From positions 45,969,678 through 46,033,677 of the forward strand of contig NC_090382.1 of the NCBI RefSeq assembly GCF_036365525.1: 64,000 nucleotides of DNA. The letters run 5' to 3'. This document shows positions 13,060 to 26,005 of this stretch, piece by piece. Position 1 is the stretch's first letter. Each line of letters begins with the position of its first letter. The stretch is from Heterodontus francisci. Lineage: Eukaryota. The notes beneath the pieces are model-generated. The model made no database searches, was not told the DNA's origin, and saw only the letters and a program-made list of their open reading frames with translations. The translations under genes and the position numbers were made by a program.

Positions 13060-14130
13060 TTTGAACCCGCTTTGTATGGTTTCCATTATTTGACAGCCCA
13101 ATACAGGGAACAGCAACAAAGAGTCAGGCACCATACCTATAGGCTGATCAGAAAGCACTATTACCCACCTGAGAGCATGTATAGGGAGAGGCTGTTGTTT
13201 GAGATGATGTTTGAGGAGTTGTGTGTGAGGTCACTACACTTCAGTAAGGAGTCAATCGCCCATGTCTGTGATATCTTACAGGAGGACCTCAAGCCACATT
13301 CTTGATCCTGGACTGCCTTGTCAATGGCAATGAAGGTAACCAACCTCAGCACTGAATTTTTATGCATGATCATTTTAATCAGGTACTGTTGACACATGTA
13401 ACATCTCCCAGAGCACTGCAAGGGCCTGCATTCACCAGGTAACCAATGCTATTTTCCATAAGGCTTCTCCCTTTATTGACTTTGACATGTCTCCAACACA
13501 GTGAGGGAGAGGTCCAGTGTATTTCACTGGATCACTGACTTTCCTAAAGTGCTTGGGGCTATTGATGGAAGGCATATCCATTGAAGGCACTGAACAATGA
13601 ACTTGTGGCATACATTACCAGGAAGGGGTTCCACTTATTGAATGTCATGATCATTTGTGATGGTCAACTGCGGATCCTGAAGGTGATTGCAGATCACCGG
13701 GAAATGCCCATGATGCCTTCATCTTCCGAAATTAGACTTGTATCACTCCACGAGTACATTACCTCAAAGGTCTAGATGGCTATTAGGTGACAAAGTTTAC
13801 CAACTAAAAACGTGGCTGATGCCACCTTACTGCAGGTCCAATACTGAAGCACAGAAAAGATATAACCACACACACATGTATACACATTAAATGGTGGAGA
13901 GAACAACTGGGGTGCTGAAATCATGTTTCTAGTGCCTGGACAGGTCTGGTGGCACTTTACAATACTCTCCTGTTAAAGTGGTGAGGATTGTGGTGGGCTG
14001 TTGCACATTGCACAACTTTGCCCTGCAGAAAGGACCAACTCTCCACCCTGTAGACGAGATTGTACCAGAAAGACAAAATGAAGGATCTCAACATGGATGT
14101 CACCTGGTTCATGTTAATAAAATTATTTTG
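13060..14130 (+). pseudogene. HARBI1-like DDE transposase, disrupted
   Basis: [62 protein letters not shown]; stops and frameshifts. Confidence 0.9.
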
Positions 14131-14282
14131 AATACTTTAGAATGACTACAGGCTAATGCGTAAATACAACAACAGACCCAAATAGACACAAACAGTAATT
14201 TATAAATATGACTCTCAGTAATTAACACCACACGGCCTGGCCCTCTCTTCATACTCATTAAGGCCCTTCAGAAAGACTTTTT

Positions 14283-14352
14283 TTTCTTCTTTGGCCTCCT
14301 TGTCTCAAGAGACAATGGGTAAGTGCCTAGAGGTGGTCAGTGGTTTGTGAAG
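14283..14352 (-). mobile_element. RTE 3'UTR fragment
   Basis: Reverse complement of the RTE 3' end seen at 19080-19143 and 35070-35144. Confidence 0.75.
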
Positions 14353-14628
14353 GACCACATCACCTTCAATCAATGAACTCTTCCAGGCATTATGAGCCAT
14401 CTTGCTCTAAACAGACATGCAAAGTATATATCACTTTGTGCTTTTTTATTGGTTTGGGTAAGACTTGTTGGGTGTTTTGGAGACAGGCATCATTCACTGA
14501 AAGCAATTTCACACTTCCACTCTGTGGGGTACAGATAAGAGATCTTTACAAGCACTTTGTGAGGCCTGTAGGCCAAAAGCAACTGAATTTTATGACCATT
14601 TGATGTCAGCTAACCCTGATCAGACCAC

Positions 14629-14990
14629 TCACCCACAAGCAAGATCTTTGCTTAAAAACCTTTTAAGCCTTAAATAAAAATGTAAAATTAAAAAATATTC
14701 CAAGAATTTACAAACACTGGCAGACCGCATTAAATCATCTAATTTCTTGCAACATTGCTCCATGGTCTCTGGAATGATGCTGTTAGCAGTTACAGTCTCT
14801 GAGACATCCTTCCACATTATTATGCCAACTTTTCTAGGTGCCCTACACTTATCATTACTGATAAGCTGGTGGCGCTTCATCTCCACCTCATTGAGAAGTG
14901 TGTTGAAGTCTTATTTACTAAAGTTATGATTCTTGTTCCTCTCTTCAGCCTTTTGCTTAGCTCGTCTTTTTAAAGACTCTCCAATGCACT
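14629..14990 (-). pseudogene. Harbinger Myb/SANT-like DNA-binding gene remnant (NAIF1-like)
   Basis: LLNEVEMKRHQL...WKDVSETV...EQCCKKLDDL. Confidence 0.75.
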
Positions 14991-15568
14991 TTTCCATTTA
15001 TTTTAAAGTTTTAAAGGTTTTTGAAAGTTTTCAAAGGTTTATTAAATAGTGTCAAAGTTTAAAAATTTTTAAAAAATCATTATAAAACACTCACCCAGCT
15101 GCCACTTGCCGCTGACTGGAAAAATCTGAGCCATAAGGACTCTTAAGATGGAAAGGGTGGATATAATAGGTAAACTAACCAAACTTAGAGAGGATAAAAA
15201 ACCCTGGTCCAGATGGATTACATTCATGCATTTAAGAAGTTCAGAAAGAGATAGGAGAAGCACTATTAAACACCAATAATGATTCATTATAAAAAGGAAT
15301 AGTGCCAGAGGACTGGCTGACAGCTAATATGAAAAGGGAGATAGAACAAATTCAGGGGCAGTATAGACCAATTAGCTTAACGTCAGTGGTTATAAAAGAT
15401 AATGGAATCCTTACTCAAAGATGTAATAGAAAAACACATAGATACTGAAAATATAATAAAGAGTAGTCAAGTAGAATCTCAAATTGGAAGGTCATGTTTG
15501 ATCAAATTTATTGAATTATTTGAATAAATAACAGAAAGGGTAGACAAGCAAAATGCATTTGATGTAAT

Positions 15569-16945
15569 GGGCTGGATTTTAAGTTTGGGATGCGCTGGAA
15601 GCAAGGGTGGAGGGAGTTAGGGGTGTCTGGTAGTATGCAGCAGATCCAGAAGTAAGTGCAGCACATCGTTGGTGTTTTTTACCCCAGCCACTGCATTACA
15701 GTCTGATTTCTGGGGTTGGCGGGCATGATGATGACCTGCACGACGTGATTTCAACTCCAGTGTTTAACGGGACACCCCAAATATGCCATTTAATGGAGTT
15801 TGGAGTCAAAGAGCAGGGAAGTGGTAGAATGATGCGCTGAAGGTCAAAGGCTGTGCCGTGATTTAGCGATGCCTCCCTGGATGTGCGGCTGGGGTATGTA
15901 AGGACCCGAAGGAATATACTGTTGCCTAGCAACTGAAGGAAGAGGCCGACGAGGACTGTTGTCGGAGGTAGCACAAGCGGTCAGCAGTAGAAGCGTGTTG
16001 TCAGGCTCCTGGATACAATATTGGAAGCAGTTCAATAATGTAAGCAGGGCAGGAAAGGTGTATACAATGGCACATTTAACTACATCCTGATGTATGTATC
16101 ACCCCAAACCCCTCACTCTGCCTTGCCAAGCTTATTCCAGCACAGCATTCTTCACACCAACCTACCTTGCAGATACACCCATCCCTCTCTGGCTATGCAT
16201 TTCCTCATATCCCCAACTGTCCATCCACCACTGCCACTTACTCTCATCCTTCTGCAATGTCATGCCTCTCCTTCATACTCACCCTCATCAAATGCTCTCC
16301 ATCCATCTGTTCAACAAATGCCATGACTCTTACTTACAGGTCCCTTCTTTCCCTCCGTACTGGAGAAGAGATCCAAGTACATGAGGGACAGGCAGGGAAC
16401 AGGAGGTGGTTCTCACAGATCTCACAGCTATCAAGTGGTAGAAATCAGTGGAGACTTGCAGTTCTGGCCAGTGAAGATGGGGGCCTCCCAGCTACCTGGT
16501 GACAGAATTATATATCTGGTACACAACACTCACTCATGTTGACTTGATGTCAACAGCGAATGAAAAATGATCACGAACATAATGATAACATCAAACTTTC
16601 TTACCTTGGCAGTCCTCGTTCATGTCTTTTACCTCCCACAGGCCTTCACGTGTCCTGCAGGAGGTGGTGTTCCGGGTCACAAATAATGATGACAACTTCA
16701 CAGAAGGTCACTCTTTCTGAGGATGCAGAGTGGATACCAATTCAGCTACTTCAGCAGCGCCAGTAAAGCAGATAAATGGGTTTTCACCTGGTGACTCACA
16801 CTTCACAAGTCAGCAACAGCAGATGGTAGTGACAGGCACAGCAGTGAAGAGTCCATCTGAGGGTATAGGAGGCCCCCAGCTCTGCTCAGCAGGACTTCGA
16901 TGCTGTACCTCAGGGCTGTCAATGAATAGGATACTTTTGAAGCAG
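15569..16945 (+). mobile_element. Truncated Harbinger element with Myb/SANT gene remnant (~15850-16040)
   Basis: Left TIR GGGCTGGATTTT; FSDASL...EVAQAVS...SWIQYWKQFNN. Confidence 0.7.
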
Positions 16946-17499
16946 GGATTATTGGTAATTATTCAGACTGGCAAAAAGTGAGAATTGGTGTTCCACAAGG
17001 ATCGGCGCTGGGGCCACTGTTGCTCACCATTTGGACTTGGGAATCAGAAGGACAAATTCAAAATTTGTGGACAACACCAAATTGTGGGTTGTTGTTAATA
17101 CAGAGGAGGACTGCAGAAAAATACAGGAAGACAAAAATAAACTTGCAGAATGACCATGTCTTTGGCAAGTGAACTTCAGTATTATTAAATGTGAAGTGGT
17201 ACGTTTTGGTAGGAAGAATAAGGAGGCCACAAACTTCATGAAAAATGGGGGTAAAGGAGCAAAGGGATCTGGGGGTACAGATATATAAATCACTAAAAGT
17301 AGCAACTCAGGTTAATAAGGCCATAAAAAAGGAAATGAAGCACTGGGGTTCAATTCTAGAATCGAAAAGCAGAGAATTTATGTTGAACTTTAAAAACTTT
17401 AATTAGACCACAGTTGGACTACTGTGAATAGTTCTGTTCTCCATATTATCCAAAGGATAGCAAGGGGGTGCAAAAAAGATTTACGAGGAGGAGTCTAAG

Positions 17500-17720
17500 T
17501 CACACACCATCCTGATGTGGAACAATATCGCCGTTCCTTCACTGTTGCTGGGTCAAAATCCTGGAGCTCCCTTCCTAACAGCACTGTGGGTGTACCTACC
17601 TCAAATGGACTGCAGCAGTTCAAGAAGGCAGCTCACCACCACCTTCTCAAGGGCAATTAGGGATGGGCAATAAATGCTGGCCTAGCCAGCTACGGCCACA
17701 TCTCATGAATGAAAAAAATA
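17500..17720 (+). mobile_element. 3' end of a CR1-group (Zenon-like) LINE
   Basis: FTVAGSKSWSSLPNSTV...LQQFKKAAHHHLL, then GGGCAATTAGGGATGGGCAATAAATGCTGG...AATGAA tail; the same tail occurs on the minus strand at ~46025-46115 and 51090-51150. Confidence 0.65.
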
Positions 17721-17733
17721 TCAGAATTGGCAC

Positions 17734-19092
17734 CTTCGTCAGATACAGGAGAAATGCCGTGAACAACAGATGCCCCTCTACATTGCTTTCATTGATCTCA
17801 CCAAAGCCTTTGACCTCGTCAGCAGACGTGGTCTCTTCAGACTACTAGAAAAGATCGGATGTCCACCAAAGCTACTAAGTATCATCACCTCATTCCATGA
17901 CAATATGAAAGGCACAATTCAACATGGTGGCTCCTCATCAGAGCCCTTTCCTATCCTGAGTGGTGTGAAACAGGGCTGTGTTCTCGCACCCACACTTTTT
18001 GGGATTTTCTTCTCCCTGCTGCTTTCACATGCGTTCAAATCCTCTGAAGAAGGAATTTTCCTCCACACAAGATCAGGGGGCAGGTTGTTCAACCTTGCCC
18101 GTCTAAGAGCGAAGTCCAAAGTACGGAAAGTCCTCATCAGAGAACTCCTCTTTGCTGACGATGCTGCTTTAACATCTCACACTGAAGAATGCCTGCAGAG
18201 TCTCATCGACAGGTTTGCGTCTGCCTGCAATGAATTTGGCCTAACCATCAGCCTCAAGAAAACGAACATCATGGGGCAGGATGTCAGAAATGCTCCATCC
18301 ATCAATATTGGCGACCACGCTCTGGAAGTGGTTCAAGAGTTCACCTACCTAGGCTCAACTATCACCAGTAACCTGTCTCTAGATGCAGAAATCAACAAGC
18401 GCATGGGTAAGGCTTCCACTGCTATGTCCAGACTGGCCAAGAGAGTGTGGGAAAATGGCGCACTGACACGGAACACAAAAGTCCGAGTGTATCAGGCCTG
18501 TGTCCTCAGTACCTTGCTCTACGGCAGCGAGGCCTGGACAACGTATGCCAGCCAAGAGCGACGTCTCAATTCATTCCATCTTCGCTGCCTTCGGAGAATA
18601 CTTGGCATCAGGTGGCAGGACTATATCTCCAACACAGAAGTCCTTGAAGCGGCCAACACCCCCAGCTTATACACACTACTGAGTCAGCGGCGCTTGAGAT
18701 GGCTTGGCCATGTGAGCCGCATGGAAGATGGCAGGATCCCCAAAGACACATTGTACAGCGAGCTCGCCACTGGTATCAGACCCACCGGCCGTCCATGTCT
18801 CCGTTATAAAGACGTCTGCAAACGCGACATGAAATCGTGTGACATTGATCACAAGTCGTGGGAGTCAGTTGCCAGCGTTCGCCAGAGCTGGCGGGCAGCC
18901 ATAAAGACAGGGCTAAATTGTGGCGAGTCGAAGAGACTTAGTAGTTGGCAGGAAAAAAGACAGAGGCGCAAGGGGAGAGCCAACTGTGCAACAGCCCCAA
19001 CAAACAAATTTCTCTGCAGCACCTGTGGAAGAGCCTGTCACTCCAGAATTGGCCTTTATAGCCACTCCAGGCGCTGCTTCACAAACCACTGA
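17734..19092 (+). CDS. RTE reverse transcriptase (partial) with C-terminal C2H2-type zinc finger
   Basis: LRQIQEKCREQ, FIDLTKAFD, GVKQGCVLAPTLF, LLFADD, LRWLGHV, CSTCGRACHSRIGLYSH; no stops. Confidence 0.9.
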   Translation, partial: LRQIQEKCREQQMPLYIAFIDLTKAFDLVSRRGLFRLLEKIGCPPKLLSIITSFHDNMKGTIQHGGSSSEPFPILSGVKQGCVLAPTLFGIFFSLLLSHAFKSSEEGIFLHTRSGGRLFNLARLRAKSKVRKVLIRELLFADDAALTSHTEECLQSLIDRFASACNEFGLTISLKKTNIMGQDVRNAPSINIGDHALEVVQEFTYLGSTITSNLSLDAEINKRMGKASTAMSRLAKRVWENGALTRNTKVRVYQACVLSTLLYGSEAWTTYASQERRLNSFHLRCLRRILGIRWQDYISNTEVLEAANTPSLYTLLSQRRLRWLGHVSRMEDGRIPKDTLYSELATGIRPTGRPCLRYKDVCKRDMKSCDIDHKSWESVASVRQSWRAAIKTGLNCGESKRLSSWQEKRQRRKGRANCATAPTNKFLCSTCGRACHSRIGLYSHSRRCFTNH

Positions 19093-19143
19093 CCACCTCC
19101 AGGCGCGTATCCATTGTCTCTCGAGATAAGGAGGCCCAAAAGA
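17734..19143 (+). mobile_element. 5'-truncated young RTE-clade (BovB-like) LINE
   Basis: Uninterrupted RT ORF with CpGs retained and a short 3'UTR; a second copy lies at 34629-35144. Confidence 0.9.
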
Positions 19144-19154
19144 TAGATTTCAGG

Positions 19155-20235
19155 AATCATAGAATGGTTACAGCACAGAAGGAGGCCATTGGCCCATCGA
19201 GTCTGCACTGGCTCTCTGCAAGAGAAATTTAGCAAGTCCCACTCCCCAGCCTTTTCCCTATAGCCCTGCAAACTTATTCCCTTCCGGTGCTTATCCATTC
19301 CCTTTCGAAGGTAACAATTGAATATGTCTCCACCACTCTTGCAGGTGTGCATTCCACATCATAACCTCTTGCTGGTTGAAATATGTTTCCTCATATCGCC
19401 TTTGGTACTTTTGTCAATCACTTTAAATCTCCTGTCTTCTGCTTCTCAACTCTTCTGCCAATTAAACAGTTTCTCTCTAAATCCACTGTCTAGACCCATC
19501 ATGATTTTGAACACATTAGCACGACATTAGTTTCCTCATGTATGCTGACGATATTCAGTTCTACCTCACCACCACTTCTCTCGATTCCTCCACTGTTGCT
19601 AAATTTTCAGGTTGCTTATCTGACATCCAGCACTGGTTGAGCAGAAATTTTATCGAGTTAAATATTGGGAAGACTGAAGTTATTGTTTTCGGTCCCTGCT
19701 CCAAACTCTGTCCCCTGGCTACCGACTCTATTCTTCTCCTTGGCAATAGTCTGAGATTAAGCCAGTCTGTTCACAACCTTGGTCACATTTGACCCTGAGA
19801 TGAGCTTCCGACCTCATACTTGTCTCATCACTGAGACGGCCTATTTCTACCTCCATAACATCGCCTGACTTGGCCCCTCTCTCAGATCATCTGCTACTGA
19901 AATCCTCATTCATGCTTTCATTACCTCGAGACTTGACTATTCCAACACACTCCTGGCTGGTCTTCCTCCCTGGAACGATTTGTGTAAATCTGGTAAACCC
20001 TTACTAAAGCCTTCACTTCCCTCCTAAAGTGCAGGGCCCAGAACTGACCACAATACTTCAGTTAATGCCAAACCAGTGTTTTATAAAGGTTTATCATAAC
20101 TTCCTTACTTTTGTACTCTATGCCTCTACTCATTAAGCTCAGGATCCCGTATGCATTTTTAACCACTTTCTCAACCTGCTTTGCCACCTTCAACAATTTG
20201 TCCCGATATACCAGTTCTGGTCTCCATATTAAAAG
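19155..20235 (-). mobile_element. CR1 3' fragment interrupted by a + strand L2 RT fragment (19520-19975)
   Basis: CR1 tail ATCATAGAATGGTTACAGCACAGAAGGAGGCC; L2 motif MYADDIQFYL...LNIGKTEVI. Confidence 0.7.
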
Positions 20236-20239
20236 GAGT

Positions 20240-20660
20240 GATTGAACAGACTGTGGCTTTTTTCTGGAGAAAAAAGAAGATTGAGGGGTGACCTGACAGA
20301 GGTCTTAAAGACTTTGAAAAGATTTGATAGGGTAGACGTAAAAAAGATGTTTCCACTTGTGGGGAAGACCAGAACTAGGGATCATAAATATAAGGTAGTT
20401 ACTTATAAATACAATAGGGAATTCAGGAGAATTATTATTTACCAAAGAGTGGTTAGAATGTGGGACTCGCTGCCACAAGGAGTAGTTGAGGTAAATGAGC
20501 TAAAAACGTAGATGCATTTAAGGGGAACACATTGGGGAGAAAGGAATAGAAGGATATGTTGATGGAGTTAGATGATGTAAACTGCGAGGAGGCTTGTGTA
20601 GAGTATAAACACTATCATGCATGTGCTGGGCTGAATGGTGTCCATCTCTGTGCTGTGCTA
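20240..20660 (+). mobile_element. CR1 3' fragment
   Basis: RRLRGDLTEV...QRVVRMWDSLP followed by a GGGCTGAATGG tail. Confidence 0.8.
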
Positions 20661-21069
20661 TGTCATTTATCAGCAACAGGATTAGAATCTCTGGTAATCA
20701 TTAACAGAGATTACATATTGAAATTTTGGATTCAATAGGATCCTGATACCTCAGAAATGTCAGAATGTGTCCACTGGAAATTTGGACCGACTTATAACAC
20801 TAGGTTTCTGCTCCCACAGTGCTGTCTCTGAACTTGCAGTTGTGTTTTTAAAGGCTCCTGCTAGGTGCAGGAATGCAAATCACAATGATTTGTTGTGCTT
20901 ATGTCACAATGACCTGTCGCATGTTTAGTTATCAACGTGACACTCACAGCTTTTGTGGAAGTTGCCCACATAGAAGCAGAATGCTTCCAAAAAGAAAAGA
21001 ACATTTCGGGAGCTCTGAGGCCTGACAAACAAGTTTTGAGAGGTCGAGGTATTTAGACATATAACTACA

Positions 21070-21180
21070 ACAACGCAAAAGCAAATTACCGTGGATGCTG
21101 GAAATCTGAAATAAAAGCAGAAAATGCTCAAAATACTCAGCAGGTCAGGCAGCACAAGTGGAGAGAGAAACAGAGTTAAC
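21070..21180 (-). mobile_element. Short Penelope terminal fragment; its remainder is at 27747-27771, beyond the Harbinger insert
   Basis: AAAGCAAA...GATGCTGGAAATCTGAAATAAAA...GAGTTAAC|GTTTCAGGTTGATGACC matches 57750-57885; flanking duplication TTAGACATAT. Confidence 0.8.
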
Positions 21181-21554
21181 AGACTGATTTTTTGTCAGAG
21201 GCCGCAGGTCCCAAAGTTGGGACAGAAAGCGGCTGCGGCTTCGTTGGGGCAATGAGCGGCCGGCTGCATGTGATCAAGTGGCGGCTGGCCAATTAAGAGT
21301 CAAGAGGTTCAGGAACCGTCCAGCTAGAGGACAGAAGTGGGACCAGAGGTGGTGAAGGTGGCATCATTGCTGGTGCCATATTTAAAGGGTTGCCAGCCCT
21401 GCATTCAGTGCTGCCTACTCGCAAAGAGCCTCTGCCTAACTGCTGCCTGCTCTGACTGCCAGACTGCTTCCAAGGATCTTTTGCCTGACTGCCAGACTGC
21501 TGGCAAGGAACTGAAAGGAAGCCTGCAAGCAGACTGGCAGAAGGAAGACTCCGG

Positions 21555-21770
21555 GTGGCCCCACAGTTCAGTGATGCCTCCCTCCAGACCCTCCTACAAG
21601 CTGCAAGGGAAAGGCTGGAAGTCCTCCTCCCCAGGGCCAGGAGGAGGAGACAGGCCCACCTGACCACCCAAGCCTGGATAGGGATAATGGAGGCCAGCAG
21701 CCATGGGGTCAACCCCAAGATTTGAATCCAGTAGCGGAAGTGGTTAATGGCCTAAACTAGGCTGTTAAGA
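21555..21770 (+). pseudogene. Harbinger Myb/SANT exon remnant
   Basis: PQFSDASLQTLLQAARERLEVLLP...TTQAW, followed by a decayed Q-RK motif. Confidence 0.7.
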
Positions 21771-22123
21771 TAAGTGTTCCACACACCTTCTACCCTTTGG
21801 GCCTTGCATGTGGCAGAATGAGAGGGAGTGACCACCCAGCCATGTGCAATGGGGTAAGGCAGCAGGAAATGTTGCCTGATGCATGGCTGCATCTCAATGT
21901 GAGGTACCTGTCTCTGTTTGCATTTCCCCACAAAGTTCCTCGAGTGTGGCCACATGCAGGAGACATTCACATGCCCCCGTTCATAGGCCACTGGACTACC
22001 ACAAGCATAGCTGTTGTGCCGGTCTCCACTGATGGAATAACATTGCACCTGTTTGCATTTGAAGAAGACAGCAAACAACAGAAAAGTGCAGGTCGAGACT
22101 GGTGGTGTGCCTTATTTGCATGT

Positions 22124-23207
22124 TGTCATGAACACGTACTAAGCCGAATTATGATTTTTTAATCCATCGGTTGGAAACCTGAATTAAACTTTTTAAAAAA
22201 AGGAAAAAAAGAATAAAAAGTGACTGCTAGCAACTAAAATGGCCACCACAATTTGCATCACAATACTCTACATTCCAATGTTTCGAGGTGGAGACATAAG
22301 GCCTGGTCAATTCCCAACCAGAACAATGGCTTGGGAATTTTGAATGGGCTACCTGCCCCGCCTTCAGGCAATCTTGGAACATTAACACTGGTGGAGATGG
22401 ACCACTCAAAGTGCAATCACTGGAACAATGGGACCCTGAGAGAGATTGGAATTCTTAGACATGATCTAATTAAGTTGCATGAGAGAGAATACACAGGGCC
22501 ACCATGTTACAGACCCACTATCTGTGAGAAACTAGCTGCTCTTTCTCTCTGCGGGCAGACAAGCAACTGAGACTGACCAGTAAAGGACCCAAGTAGGATC
22601 GCTCTCTCTCTCCAGGCCACTTTGCAAGTTTGAACCCGGATGGTGGTTGCAACTGTCCAAGCCTATCATTGCTGCAGACAGAGACCCTGTGAAGAAAATT
22701 ATCTGCATCACTGATTCCAAGAAAACCCTGAACCAATTGGCCACATCTACAAGCCAGAAGCTTCAGGAACCCCGTGTTCATCCAGAAGACAACTGAGTTA
22801 CCAAACTCCACAGACTGTATACTCTTTTTTATTGCTCTGGACTCTAATCTANNNNNNNNNNNNNNNNNNNNNNNNNNNNNNNNNNNNNNNNNNNNNNNNN
22901 NNNNNNNNNNNNNNNNNNNNNNNNNNNNNNNNNNNNNNNNNNNNNNNNNNNNNNNNNNNNNNNNNNNNNNNNNNNNNNNNNNNNTTTATTATTTTACTTA
23001 GGTTTGTTTTGAGTACAATAAAATTAACCTCTTTCTTGTTTAAACTCAAGAAAACCTGTCCCATTAGTTTGCTTATTATCATAGCATGTAAATGGTTAAA
23101 CACTCACTGAATGAGTAAGCACATCCACAGAGATAAACCGTGTTGTAGTCAAACAAGGAGAAGGACAAGAGGGGAGCCTGTCGACCCCTTCTCACCTGAT
23201 CATAACA
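22124..23207 (+). mobile_element. Solo LTR, same family as 9165-10170; contains an assembly gap
   Basis: TGTCATGAAC...GATCATAACA; reverse-complement similarity to 9165-10170; probable TSD ATGT/ACGT. Confidence 0.85.
22852..22984. other. Assembly gap (N run)
   Basis: Run of N. Confidence 1.
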
Positions 23208-25149
23208 ACGTCTTGAACTCAATGAAAGGAGGCAGCGATGGAACTGGCAGGGCAGCAAGGTGACTTCTCCATAGCAGATGGTGAGACAAGGGCACCCACC
23301 CGAGTGAGCGGATGCCCTGGGGCACAAGGGTGTACGTGTCACAAATGAGCCATGGTCTTCATGTGTCCACCACTGGATACATGGAGTTCCACAATAGGGG
23401 TGCTTAGAAGGTCACAATGAGATCCTATAACCCTTCAATCTATCTGTTCTCTCAAGCAGGCCATGCTCATCAACAACTAAAAAGAGCTGGCTGCCTCTGA
23501 GGAGGAGGAGGAGGGAGACTCAGAGGGTGAAATGTCATATCATTCCCTCGTACCTTCCTCCAGCACAGATAATATCATGTTGGTGGGTATTCATTCGATT
23601 TTAGATTCAGGCACACAACCTGGTGAGCACATCACAGATGCATGTGAGCAGCTGACGGAGACTATGACAGCTGAGGCCACTGGCAGACGGAGGACTATGG
23701 AAGACCAGGCCCATTCTGAGCCTCAGGCAGATGACATGTCTCTGGTGTCACCAGCAACATGAAAAATGCTGCAACTGCAGCGAGAGGTAAGGCAACATCT
23801 GCCAGAGACCATGCATACCCAAGTATGGATGATGGAGGTGTCCATCCAGGCCTTGAGTGCTGCCTTGTAGCTGGCTTCCTCCATTGAGAGATTTTTGACA
23901 CTCATGGAGAGCAAGATCCAGCAGACCAATCAGTGGCTGCCAGAGATGTGTGCAGACCTGCACTCCATCGCATTGGAGCCTCCACCAGGTCCCTGTCCCT
24001 TTCAGGTCAGCAGGGAGGTACAAGTGTGCCTTGCAAGGAGGGAGGAACAATTGCCTCCTGTATCTGGGAGCTCCTCTCAGCGTACTCCTGGTGTAGGCAG
24101 CAGCTCCTCAGACAATTACTCCAGTGCTGCCATCATCCCTGATGACAGAGGAGGGTCCTGCAGCTGTGCAGGAGGCCCTCAGTCTGCTGGGGCCCTCTAG
24201 GCCTCAAGCAGCCAGAAGACGTCCACCAGGGGGCAAGGTCAGAAGCCTGCTTCCACCTCAGCTGACAGTCCAGAAGAGCACCAAGTAGGAGCACTCAGAA
24301 AAGATTTAAGAAGAGCACCTAGATGCACTTAGGCATTCATGGCTGAATGTACATTCCAAATGGATAGGGTTACATTTGGTGTCACATGAAATAAAGGAAT
24401 GAGGTTATCTCACTACATTACCTTCCTATTGTTGATGCCCTTTGGGAATTTGAACCCCTCCTCCCAAGGGGCTGGAAGTGAAGGTCCAAGCCCCGAGTGC
24501 TCAAAGCTTCAGCCTTGCCACTGTGCGATGTGCACCTGGGTGCTGGAGTGCAGAAGGAAGGAGGCGAGAATAGGGCTGCTTAAAGGTAAGGCTTTATTGT
24601 TGCGGTTCCATGAGGTGGTAAGGCTCAAAGGGAACGTAAATGTATAAGGGCGTCCCTGTGCATATCTCATGGTGCCTTTCCTACTGTCCCTGAGGCCCTT
24701 CCTCTGGAACTGCCTGGGCAGCATCCTCCTCATCAAAGGCGACATTGCGCTCCACGAAATCCTCACTGGTCAGTGCCTCCCCTCTCTGCAGTGCACAGCA
24801 AGCTACCACAATACTCGAGCCCCTCGCTGGGGTGTACTGAAGGGCTCCACCAGATTTACCTAGGCACTGGAATCTCATCTTCAGGAGTCTAATGGCCCGC
24901 TCATGGTTGCTTGGATTGTCCTTTGGTAGGTGTTGCAGCTCTCCTCTGCATCGGTGCGTGGGTTCCTCACAGGTATTGGTAGCCATGTCCTTAGTGGTTA
25001 GCCCTTGTCTCCCAGTATCCATCCATGAAGGCACATGAGGCACGGAAGAAGTCTGGCACATGGGACTGCTGAAGTATGTTGTGTCTGCTTCCCAGGGATC
25101 GTGCACACACCTGTAAAATCTATTTGCAGCGGTTGCAGACCCATTGCAC

Positions 25150-25650
25150 AGTGAGTTTACTGGATTGATACCTGGAATGAGCGGGTTGTCTTATGAGGAA
25201 AGGTTGGACAGACTGGGCTTATTTTCAATGGAGTTTAGAAGAGTGAGGAGAGACTTGATTGAAGCTTATAAGATCCTGAATGGTCTTGACAAGGTGGATG
25301 TGGAAAGGATGTTTCCACTTGTGGGTGAGTCCAGATCTAGGGGGCACTGTTTTGAAATTAGGAGTCGCCCTTTTAGGATAGAGATGAAGAGAAATGTTCT
25401 CTCTCAGAGGGTTGTGCGACTTTGGAACTTTCTGCCTCAGAAGGTGGTGGAGGTGGGTTCATTGAATATTTTTAAGGTGATGGTAGATAGATTCTTGTTA
25501 GACAAGGGAATCTTAGATTATCGGGGGTAGATGGGAGTGTGGAATTCGAGACACAAACAGATCAGCCATGATCTTATTGAATGGCACTGAAGGCCCGAGG
25601 GGCCAAATGGCCTACTTCTGCTCCTAATTCGTATGATCGTATGTTCGTAA
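25150..25650 (+). mobile_element. CR1 3' fragment
   Basis: IPGMSGLSYEERL...QRVVRLWNFLP plus tail GGCCTACTTCTGCTCC...CGTATG repeats. Confidence 0.9.
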
Positions 25651-26005
25651 GACCTTCTGGTTAATGAAGGCAGCAGGTAGGTCAATTGGAGCCTTGATGG
25701 CCACATGCGTGCAGTTGATTACCCACTGCAACTGGGGGAGTCCCCAATGGTCCTAAATCCTATAGCCTTCTCAGCACGACTGGTTGGATCGATGCGGAAG
25801 CACACAGTCACCAGCCCTCCTGAACAGGGCAATGATGACCTCCTTGATGCACTGATGTGGCGCAAACTGGGAAATTCCCCACATATCTCCAGTTAATCTC
25901 TGGAATGATCTGGTGGCATAGAAGTTTAGTGCCATGGTGGCCTTCAGCAACAATGGCATTGGGTGACAACCAATTCCCATGGGACTCAGCTCATCCTGCA
26001 TTGTA

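Larger units (their letters stand above)
12376..15133. mobile_element. PIF/Harbinger DNA transposon, decayed, with convergent transposase and Myb genes
   Basis: TIRs GGCCAAATTTTGCAGT / ACTGGAAAAATCTGAGCC; two-gene Harbinger architecture; CR1 resumes on both sides. Confidence 0.85.
11385..17490 (+). mobile_element. Old CR1 ORF2 split into four pieces (11385-11622, 12295-12375, 15134-15568, ~16950-17490) by three Harbinger-type insertions
   Basis: Colinear motifs resume across the inserts: IRKAK, NYFASVFT, PGPDG, YRPISLTS, GVPQGSALGP, KCEVV. Confidence 0.75.

Noticed and set aside
13060-14130. Host HARBI1 gene
   Set aside because: Multiple stops and frameshifts, and it sits within TIRs next to a Myb partner, so it is a transposon copy.
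22774-23110. ORFs spanning the N run
   Set aside because: Gap artefacts inside a solo LTR.
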